Below, one piece after another: positions 25,001 to 34,666 of a stretch of 34,666 nucleotides of DNA; the stretch's first letter is position 1; every line of letters begins with the position of its first letter. A program made the translations under genes and the position numbers. The DNA lies in assembly GCA_001662655.1 (NCBI GenBank), contig KV460286.1; one strand, 5' to 3'. The stretch is from Pseudogymnoascus verrucosus (lineage: Eukaryota). Under the pieces are notes generated by a model, which saw nothing but the letters and a program-made list of their open reading frames with translations, was not told where the DNA came from and did not search any database.

Positions 25001-25418
25001 GGGGGTAGAGAGGGCGCGCCATGCCTGCGGCTGCGATGATGTCGGGCGTGTCTGCCGCTGCGCTCGTCAGTCGCTGCTGTTGTTGCGCAGGCGGCGCCGT
25101 GGGATCTCTCGCAAACTCACCTGCGGAGGTATAGGTGCCTGTCGCGCTGGGCGTGCTGTATGGGCTCGCGTGAGTGTAGTAGGGCACGTCTTGCGGGTGC
25201 TGGGCAACCTGGCCGGTGCCGTTCTGGCCGTACTGCTGCGGCAGGCCGTGGGAGGGCTGGTAGGCACCGGAGTGCTGTTGTTGCTGCTGCTGCGGCGCGG
25301 GCGGCTGCTGCTGCTGGTGCACGACGCTTGAGGGGCGCTGGTGCGGCAGTTGTTGCGGCGGCGGGCCCTGCGCGTGGTGCGGCTGATGCTGCTGTGAATA
25401 ATACTTGTCAGTCACCAT
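22092..25418 (-). CDS. Conserved fungal Q/P/H-rich putative regulator with two copies of an uncharacterised domain (DUF8032-like, from recollection); long model 758 aa, 4 exons (25418-25121, 25051-23963, 23098-22358, 22240-22092)
   Basis: Introns 25120-25052 (GTGAGT..CTGAC..CAG), 23962-23099 (GTATGT..GCTAAC..TAG) and 22357-22241 (GTGAGT..GCTAAT..TAG) are all phase 1 and give 2277 nt with no internal stop. Domain 1: WIAFEYSRDRVKMEYTIRCDVESV...NCVYPRAC...CNTVGWALA...KRGLIQRAVDSWRN. Domain 2: HKIRADLASV...SVFVRSW...LNELAWRLAW...RKVLLQRCLDVYRT. Both parts are confidently coding; their joining is inferred. Confidence 0.75.
23099..23962 (-). other. Putative 864-nt intron, far longer than the 53-117-nt introns elsewhere in the window
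   Basis: Donor G|GTATGT at 23962, branch GCTAAC near 23117-23122, acceptor CGTAG at 23099, compatible phases. Contains (TG)10 at 23837-23856 and A13 at 23543-23555 (+ strand). Confidence 0.7.
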
Positions 25419-26924
25419 TGCGAATTACTCTCAATGAGCAAAAACAACCATTGACAGGTGATAGAGTCCTCGCGTCGTGCGCTTGCAGAGATGGAGCAAG
25501 GCGCGCGGAGAGGGGGGTCGTGAGAAGAAGCGTCGACTATTTAATTATTTATTCGGGAATGCGCGCGCGTGCGACTTGTAGCTGTCGCGATGGGAGGAGG
25601 TGTGTTTGTCGACGACTTGACAAGGGACTTTTTTTTGGGCGTGTGGAAGGGTCTGGCCGGGTTATAGGTCTCGTCGAGTGCTTGGCGGTAGACTGATAAC
25701 GAGAGAAGGGTGCGCGTGGAGTCGGCAGGATGTTTGGGTGAAGAGAGAGCGTCGAGTCGTTCAGGTCGTGGGACAAACTGAAACGTCGAGTCTTTTATTG
25801 AGTAACTCGTTCGAAGTAACTATATGTTGCAAGGACTCGGGGTTGGGGTAGCGCGGAACGATGAACCCCGATTTTTTCGCGTTTTTTTTTCTACCCTTTG
25901 TCGCGTCGCGTAACGTGAGAAACGTGGAGATAAGTTTTGATGGTGCTTGACTCGACAGATAGTGAAATCGGGCCGTGTGGAAAAGGACCGTTACGCACGC
26001 GTTACTTGACGGTGGGATAGGTAACGAGAGTTGTGAATAGCTTCACTTTTTGGTTGATTATATTTGGCAGTGGCAAAACGTGTGGTTGCGATTGCTTGCT
26101 CCTGTGGGTAACAAAAAGTTAATGCCTGTCGCGTTTTGACGTTGATGGGGTTGAGTGGTGGTAGTTGTGGTGGTGGAAGGTGGGTGGGTGTGGGCAGCAG
26201 GGTAAGGTAAGGTAGGGGATGTTGATGGGGGATGGGAGGGGGGATGGGGGGAGTAAGTACCTTGCACGACTACTGCGCGGTGCGGGAAGCGTCAGGTACC
26301 TTGAGGATTTTTTGTTTTGGGCGGGCGGGTTCGGCTGTGTCTGGCGTGTCTTGCGTGAAAACTTGGTAGGCGGGCGGTGTGTGGTGGCACTGTGAGCGAG
26401 CGACAGTGGAGAGAAGAAAAAGAAGAGTGTGGGAAGGTGGGAGGGGGAAGGGGGTAAGGTAGTGAGGTAGTAAGGTAGTGGAAGTGGAAGGGTTTGTCAA
26501 CGGTCGACCATGCCATGCGGGAAGCAGGGGACATGGGTCGCTTTAAGTATGGACGGTGGGCGTGGGAAAGGGACTGGGGGGGGTGAGGATGGATGGGGAG
26601 GGGGGAGGGGGAGAGGAGAAAGGACCGGGGGAGACGGGATTGGGAATTTGAGAGGGGAGGGGTGGGGGAAGGGATGGGATGGGATGGGAGGGGGGAAGGA
26701 AGGAGCAAAGATAGGTGTGGGTGTGGGGGGGTGTATGTGGTTGTGTGGGTGTGGATGTAGGGGTAGGTGTGGGTGTGGTGGATGGGATAGGTGAGGGTGA
26801 GGGTGATTGTGGGTTGGCTGGTGGCTGTTGTTGGTTGTGGTTTTTGTGGATGGTGGTGGGTGGAAGTAGCAGGTGGAGGTGGAAGTAGTAGGTAGTAGCA
26901 GAGTAGTAGAGGAGGCCGTAAGTA

Positions 26925-26954
26925 GAGTAGCAGAGTAGCAGAGTAGCAGAGTAG
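26925..26954. repeat. 8-bp tandem repeat (GAGTAGCA)x3.75
   Basis: Read directly; degenerate GAGTAG units also occur across about 26890-27150. Confidence 0.9.
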
Positions 26955-27550
26955 TCAAGTAGCAGAGTGGACTGTCTGTATAGCTGTATAGTAGCAACAG
27001 AGCGCACAGTAGTCGACCGTTGAGATTAATCCTGGCCCTTCTTCTAGCCGGCGGGCGCGTCTTGGGAGCGGCGGATGGCGGATGCTGCCTGGGATGTTGA
27101 TGTGGATAGAGTAGATTGAGCAGATTGAGTAGAGTCGAGTAGAGTTGAGTACAGCCAGAGTACACCCACAGTACACCCCCCCCGTACAGCCAAAGTACTC
27201 GAAATTGCAGGGGATTGCAAGGAGTGAAAGGTGGGTCCCGTACTCGAACCAAAGGGGACAGGGGTGTTTGGGGGAGGTTAGTAGTTAGAGACAGGGGTGC
27301 GTCGACAGCCAGAAAAAGCGGGTCGTGGAATGACAAAATATGGCAGGGATACGAGGAACGAGCGAGGGAGGGAGGAGCCAGAGAAGTAAGACATCGTCGT
27401 AGTAAGACACGCCAGAGACACGCCAGAGACAAGACAAGACCCGCAACGCAACATCCCTCTCACCCGCCGTACATGTGAGTAGGAAGATACAGTAGGAAAC
27501 AACGCAGCACACACAGACGCACACGCCACCCCCCCAGACACGCACGCAGG

Positions 27551-27660
27551 GAGAGAGAACCCTCAGTCCTTACCTTGCCTTGCCTGTTTCCCTACTTGCT
27601 TCTGTGTATCGAGAGAGAACCCTCAGTCCTCACCTTACCTTACCTTGCCTTGTCTTCCCT
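27551..27660. repeat. Local direct duplication, 60-bp period
   Basis: GAGAGAGAACCCTCAGTCCT is exact at 27551-27570 and 27611-27630. Each copy is followed by a variable (CCTTR)n tract. Confidence 0.9.
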
Positions 27661-28419
27661 CCCTGCATCCGTCATCCCTTCATCCCTCCCCTTACCTCCA
27701 TAAACTCCGATCCCCCAATCCCGACCACCCGCCAATTCACCATCAACACCCATCTTCATACATACGCCCCCAACACACCTCACTCACCACATACGTACTC
27801 AGCACACCCACCACTCTATCTCTCTTCACGTGATAGGCCAACTCTCCCCACCCACACACACCCACACTCGTACACTCACTCTACAGTACACACCTCCCTC
27901 TACACCCACACCCCCCATCCCACCAATCCCCTCGCCTCTCTCCCCGGCCACCCGCATGTCAGCCGCTTGGAGGCGTCCCGAGGAGAGGCCACGGCTAATT
28001 CGTGGTGCGGTGTCCGACTATGTGCAGTCGCATGCAACTGTATAGTACAGTGCAATACATACATTACAGTACTCTACTCCGTGGCTATGTGTGACGGATA
28101 GACGCTTTTGCGAGTCTGGTTTGGCAGCGGCCGAACTTGCGAGTGGCGGCTGGGGGTGATGGGTGATGGGTGATGGGATGGGAGGGGTGGGTGAATTCTG
28201 ATTTGCTGGGTGACGTGACGTCTATCTATCTCTGCGCAGATCGCGATATCTGTGGCGGCTGAAAGGGATGGGAGGAAGGGAGGGAGGCAATAGGTCTGTG
28301 TGGCAATCTCAGATATATTAAATGTGCTAGAAACATTACCATCCACACTCGACTACGCAATCGCGACCTCACCGCCGCCACAGCGTGTGTAAGCTACGAC
28401 CACAAGAAGTACTCACCGC

Positions 28420-28420
<1 letters not shown>

Positions 28421-28456
<36 letters not shown>
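28421..28456. repeat. (AAC)12 microsatellite
   Basis: Read directly. Confidence 0.97.
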
Positions 28457-28457
<1 letters not shown>

Positions 28458-31400
28458 GCACAGCACAGCACATGCACAAAATCAACCTCCCGCCTCCAAA
28501 AGTGGCAAGTCATCTCCGCCACCCATTCAGGCAGTTCTCTCCCTCTCCTCCGCCCAAAACACCCGCCCAACAAACCCCCCAATCACGTTATCCCCCATCC
28601 CACGCGTCCTCGCGAATCTAGACCGCCCACCCACCTGCGCCGCCAACACCCACAGGGCAGCGATGCGCACATTCCCACAGTTTCTAGCTAAGTATAGCCA
28701 CATCCATCCCTGCTCACACGCCTCGCCGTGGTCGAACAGTGAAAGTAGAAGGGGCGGGAAAAAACGGTCGCCGCGGCGGAGGCGGCGCTCATCCCTATCT
28801 CCATCTTATGCACATCCACATCCACCCATCGTCAAGTTCAAGGAAGGCAGGCAAGTGGGTGGTGGATAGGTAAGGTAGGGGGTCCCCCCGGTCAGAAACG
28901 GAAGGTGTCCTCTCTTCTCTCTTCTCTTCTGTCCTAGAGTAGGTAGGGTAGCACGCACATGGACGGAAAGTGGGTAAGTGGGGCCCCGGTCGGCCCAGCT
29001 TTATCCCGGCGCGACACGAACCCTCCCTCCATCACAGGCTGGCTGGATAAAAACAGCAACAGGGTGAGACAAAGCAAGACAGGACGGACGGTCTGTAAGC
29101 GCGCCCTCCCCCCTCCCCTTCTGCGATCGTCGGCGGGCATCGGGGGCGCCGAGGGGTGTGTGTGTGTGTCTGTGTGGTGGTAGTAGTGGTAGTGGTGGTG
29201 GTGGTGGTGGTGGTTGTGGAAAGCAGGGGGGAGAGATGTCGATGCGATGCGAGTACGATGCGATGCGCTTTTTCTGCGATGCGGATGCGAGGGGGACGGG
29301 GTTGGGGTTGGTGGGAATTTGATGGGGAGGGGGATGGGATGGGGGATGGATGGGGATATTGGGGTTACATGGGCGCGCGGCTGAGGGGAGGGTTTGGTAA
29401 TTGTATATGTAGAGTAATTTATGGACTTGGACTTGGGCTACTACGGTACTAGATGTAGATGTATTCGCATCGTTGTACGTACGAAGCTGTGTATCACACT
29501 TCCATCCCCTTCGAGTACGTACGGGCACGGCGGTACGCAGCACAAGCGAACGAGGCATTTCACGACGGACAGGACGGACATCGGCGGATGGGGGACGGAT
29601 AGACAGGGAAGGAACGGCGGACAGGCAGGGAACGACCGACACGATAGACAGACAGCTAGGGTAGGGTGATGTAGTGTACAGGGGAGTTCTCTAGGGCGGA
29701 AGAGGCAGGAGGGCCGGGGGTACAGGTGAGTTACTTGCGCGGTTCTTCTCTCTGAAGAGGGCCAATTAGATGGATGCAATGTGGAGAGGAAGGGTGGGGG
29801 GGAGCTGTATCTCAAACAGAGGGGTTGATTAGCCGGGGACTTATTTACTTGCGTGATGGCGGGTGTTGAGGTAGGGGAGGGGGGATGGATGGAGGGAGGG
29901 ATGTACCGGTTGATGGGGAGTGGAGTTGGGCAGGGTGTGGTGTGTGTGTGTGCACTGCACTACGGGTTTTTAAATTCGCGTTGGATTGCTTGGGGTGGGA
30001 GTTGTTGCGAGGGAGGGGAGGAGGTGAGTGGTGATGTGATGGATGGTGGTAGTGGAGACGAATCGAGACCAGACTGGACTGGATGGATGGATGGATGGAT
30101 GGGTAGATGGGCCGATGATGGGGAAATCATAAGTCTGCTGTACTATAGTTAGTACTTACTTTCAGTGTGCACTTCCGCGGAGGTGTCTGCATCTACTCTA
30201 CTGTACTAACTTCGTAGCTATTCTGCTCGTTCTCTATCGGCCCATCTTATCTCATCTCATCTCGAGCGTGCGTGCGTATCGCGTTATCACCGCCATCCAG
30301 CCAGCCAGCAGCCAGCAGCCAGCCATCCATCCAGCCAGCGACCCAGACCGACTATCCCATCCCCCCGCCGTACTGTAGAATAGAGTACTACTACTGCACA
30401 GCACAGCACAGCAGCACTCAAGCACCACACAACATCCCATACATACCATCCATCCCACACATACATACACCCATATCCCAGCCGTCCCAGAGATCTAAGA
30501 TAAGATCGCGCGCGCGCACACGCACACGCACACGCACACGCATACCACCTTCCCTACCACCCACGAGCAAGACCAGGCAAGGCAGGCTTCACATCCGCCA
30601 CGCCGCCCGCCGCACCTCGCCCATCTCATCCTCAACCTCACCCTCGCCCATCACCTATCCACCCCCTTCCCTCCCGCGCTTACCCAACCCAGCACACAAG
30701 CTCACCCTGTCCACCCCATCCTATCCTGTCCACCCAGCCCATCCCTCCCTCTCCTGTCAGCGCCGAACCCTCCGAACCCGTCCCTCCCCTCCCCATCGTG
30801 TCCTAGCTCCCTCGTGGGGCGCTCTTGGCACACCTCACCCACCACCCTCCCTTCCTTCCTCCCCGCCAAGACACGCACAGTCGCACGATCCTGAAACGGT
30901 CGCAGTGGGGGGGGAGAGAGGAGAGGCGCGTACGTGGATCCCTGTTCGCGTGAGTGAGGGAAGGAAGGGGTGGAGTGGGGCGGGGGGCGGGGGGCAGGGG
31001 GGTGGTGGCTGTTGCCGGGCTGGATGGATGGCTGGGCTTGTGGATCGGCGGTTGATAATTGTGTAGTAAGCTGGATGGCGTTGCAGGGAGAGGTACGGAG
31101 GAGGGAGGCGTTTGCCGTATAGAGGAAGGGTACTGTAGGGCGTCGTATAGAGGATTTGGAGTACAGCGGCGGTGCGAAGTACAGTATACGTACGGTGCAC
31201 AGGATGCGCGTATTCTTCGCACCTTTGCAGACAGACAGCACCTTCCAATCCCACCCACTGCGCAAATATAACTCCCCAAAAACAGCACAGCGGCAACATG
31301 CATACCGCCGTGCTGACCATCTCGCGCCGGTCGGTCGTGCCTGCCCCATCACCGCATCCTTCGCGCCATCCTCGACCGAAGCATCACCGACCGTTCCATC

Positions 31401-34400
31401 CCAGGTAATCTACGCATACATACAGTACCCCAAGTACGGTAGTAGTACTACACGCACATGCTTCCAACCCATCCCTACATCCACCAGCCAGCCAGCCAGC
31501 CCAAAAACATAAGCACCCAGATAATGCGGACCCTCTTTCCCTCCCCCCTCCCCTACCTCTCCCCAAAAGAAGCAGACCTTCACGCCTCTGCGGCCTCCCT
31601 CCCCTGCCCCCCTGTCTTGGCTGTCAGATGCAAGATGGCAAGAATAGAGCCCCTGCCACCTCCCCCCCAAGCCCAACCAGGCGAAACGAAAACAGAGTGA
31701 AGTGAAGCGAGTGATAGCCGTAGTTAGTAGCCCCTGGCATCGTAGCCGCCCCGCTGTACCCACAACCACGCCGAGGTTAACCCTAACGCCCCTCCCATCA
31801 CAGGTGTGATGTACGTACGGATGTGTGCGAATTCGACAGGACGGAGCAACCACTATGGGTATGGATATGGGTTATGGGATGGGCGGGCAGGGGATGGGGA
31901 TGGGAATACGTATGCCATCCCTGTTGTATAAGAGGAGTCTGATATGCCAAAACGCGCACGTCAACCGGAAAACATCCACCAAAGAGAACGCGTCGTTGCT
32001 CTGCTTTTTCCCCAAGTTAGACAGTTAGACATACACCCTGACCCCACCCTCAAACCGCGTGCCAAAAACGCGCAAATAGTGGTAAGATGCTATTATCTCA
32101 CTCACTCATTGTTGGAGATGAGACAAATCGAGAAAGAGAACAAGAAGAAAAAAATCAGCAAACGTACCTCGCACGGTCCCCTGCTCCACCAAGAACCGGT
32201 GTGAGATCCCGGGAGTCTTCCACACGTCGTCGATATGCTTTAGATTACCCTGGCGGCGCTGAAGAAGGGATTGATACCCGTTCATGCTAAACACGTGCAA
32301 GTAAACCCACGCAGCCCACGCACCCACACCCCAACCCAACCCACATACACCACAAACAGCTCCCCTACCCTGCCCTGCCCGCCTCAACGGCGGGACGAGC
32401 GGCGCCAACAGGGTGAGCTGCCCTGCCCTGCCTTGCCCTTCCCTTCTTTCCCTACCCTGTGTTGCCCTGCCTGTCCTGTCCTGTCCTGTCGCCTTGCCAG
32501 CTCGCAGGGCGGCGGATACTCATAGCTCCGTCAACTCCGCGCCCCTGCCCTGCCCATCCTCACTTTTCCCAACTCCACTCCCACTCCACCTCCCGGTGCG
32601 GTGCCGGTCCAGTTCAGGGCCCGCCCCGCCTTGCAGATACCCATCCCCCCTTCCACTATACTATACGCTGTGCCAGGGCCGCTCTGACTGCTGCGGGAAT
32701 GGGGAATAATAGCGAATGGGAAAATTGTTGCACTTGCACCAGATTCGATTCAAACACCCATCCCCATCCAGCGCTGACGCGGACAGGGCGGGCGGCGCAT
32801 GGTGCGTTTCGAGGTGATGAGGTCTAGGCTTCTTCACAGAGTTGGGGGGGGGGGTGGGCTTGGATTGGGGGGGACTGTGCTTGGATTTGGACCTTGGGGA
32901 TGAAAATCGTTCGATTTACGGAACGGGGATTATTGATTTGGGGACCGAGAAAAATGTCGATGTGTTTTTTTGGGCGAGTCTTACGGATACTTGGTTTACG
33001 TATGGGTCTAGCACGTGTATTCCCCCGGTTTGTCATTCTCGGGCCGCGGGTATTTATTTGGTTCTTGTATGCACGGTACGGAGCGGCGGCGCAGCAGCAG
33101 CGGCGGGGAGGGCGTGAGTCGAGGCGGCGGGGAGAGAGAAGGGGCGGGTGAGCCGCTGCGACTTCTCACCGGTCGGTCGGCGTGGGCAAGCGCTGGTGCT
33201 ACGGCGAGGCGAGGCGGTTGATACTACACACACACAGACTGACCAACTAACAAACTGACTGACACGGCATAACAGTATCAGCATCACATCGCTCCCTCCC
33301 CAAGAGATGCGCGATCGTGTTCCATCCTCGGCACTCGCCAACCCTGCCTTACAAACCACCCCCTCCTCCATCTTGATCCCCTCCCTGTCCTGTTTATTCG
33401 ATGCCCCCTCCGTGCCTGCTTATCCGTGCCTGGCCTGGCCTGGTCTGTTCGCTGAATCCCTCCCTCCCTGTTTACCCCCCCGGAGCTCATGCTTATCACC
33501 ACTACTCCTGATATTCCTTCCCTGCCTATACCCCCCTTCCCCTCCCATTAGGGCTTACCAACCCCTTACACCACCCATCCCCTACCACCCCCCCAAAACA
33601 AATCCCCTCACCCCCCCTTACCAGCGCTTACACCTCTAATCTCCGTCCCCCCGGCCACATCGGCGCGGTAATACGGCCCGCGCCCTCACGCCGACAAAAC
33701 GGGGACTTATAGACGGGGATAGGGGTCTCGGGGCTGGGATGGGATGGCGTCAGAGCGGGTGAGGGTGAGGGGGCGGGATGGGAGATAAGACGTTCTTTGC
33801 GCGGGCCGGGTGCGGGTGCGGGATGGGGGTTGGGATGGGGGTTGGCTTGTGCGAGGGGAGGGAGGGGGACGGGATCGGGATGCATGTGCTGGGAGCAAGA
33901 GGGGCCGGCCCGAGGTTAGTGGTTGAGGATTTTTGGGGGGGGGAGATAGGGGGTGAGAAGGTGCAGGAGGGAAGGAGGGGGAGGGTATGGTGGGCGCGGC
34001 TTGGAGTGAGGCTCATGATTTTATTTGGACGTCGAGGCTGGTGTTGTTCGTTCGATTTCTCAGTTCGATGCCCTCCCTACTGTCCACTCCGCCGCCACTG
34101 CTGAAGCTTTCTCCTCTTCCTGCTCACCGGCGCAAAGGCATATAGCCTCGCGAGCTGTTGCACTTCGAGAGAATGAAGCGTGGGACATCTCACTGTCTAT
34201 CCGTGTTTACCACCTCGCCCCTTGCCTCCCACCTGTCCCTCCTCTGTCTTCCCGCGCCCAATGCCCAGCTGCCGGCCTGCTTTTTTTGGTTGTCCATCTT
34301 CCCACCGGCCTGGCGCTGACTGGACTTTAAGCCCCTGGGTTCCATTCCTCTCCTTTAGAGGCTATGGAATCCCATTGACTGCCTGTTCCACCTCCCTGCT

Positions 34401-34666
34401 GTGCGTCCTCGCCGACGGTAGCGACTGTCTGGTGAAAATGGGGATAGGGCAGAAAATGTTTGGTTGAGGTCCGGGTCACGGGGGACAGTAGGAAGAGCAT
34501 GACGTGGATGGGGGGGATCTCTCATGGGGATAGGAGGGGATCGTGGTCTGGATTGGAAATATCCGAGGTCAGGAGAGGAGGGGACAGTAGAAATTAAATC
34601 GGGAGACTGAGAAAAAGGGGGTATGAAAAAATTGATATTTTGGGCAGTGTTCGGCACGGATACCAA

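Larger units (their letters stand above)
25419..34666. other. Long (>9.2 kb) apparently non-coding, microsatellite- and G/C-tract-rich region upstream of the two-domain gene
   Basis: All ORFs here translate simple repeats (poly-P/H/G/V/N). I found no recognisable domain and no convincing exon chain. Small exons or ncRNAs cannot be excluded. Confidence 0.7.

Noticed and set aside
27551..27630. CRISPR-like repeat-spacer-repeat appearance
   Set aside because: Only two copies, a low-complexity spacer, eukaryotic context and no cas genes.
25549..34666. Many 60-311 aa ORFs, e.g. 26497..27432, 30272..31066 and 34355..34666
   Set aside because: They are translations of GC-rich simple repeats with few stop codons, overlap on both strands, often have non-ATG starts and show no domain signal.

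Overview
Eukaryotic DNA from a filamentous ascomycete, inferred from short GT-AG introns with CTRAY branch sites and from the gene families present. The left ~21.8 kb is gene-dense and poor in simple repeats. It carries a PhyH-like Fe(II)/2-oxoglutarate dioxygenase, a divergently oriented allantoate-permease-family MFS transporter, an SLC35F/DUF914-type transporter, a secreted GH64 beta-1,3-glucanase and an NmrA-like protein. It also holds a tiny secreted Pro/Gly-repeat protein with a natural His6 run that the ORF track splits, and two pseudogenes (a 7-exon secreted SGNH/CE3 esterase with FG-GAP-like repeats, and a kinase-like gene). From ~21.8 kb the sequence becomes rich in microsatellites and G/C tracts. 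It contains one large minus-strand gene (25418-22092) that joins a Q/P-rich protein and a diverged second copy of its own conserved domain across an 864-nt intron, followed by >9 kb of apparently non-coding upstream DNA. Most short ORFs in the track are spurious. No rRNA, tRNA, CRISPR array or intact transposon was found. Family assignments come from motif recognition; no searches were run.
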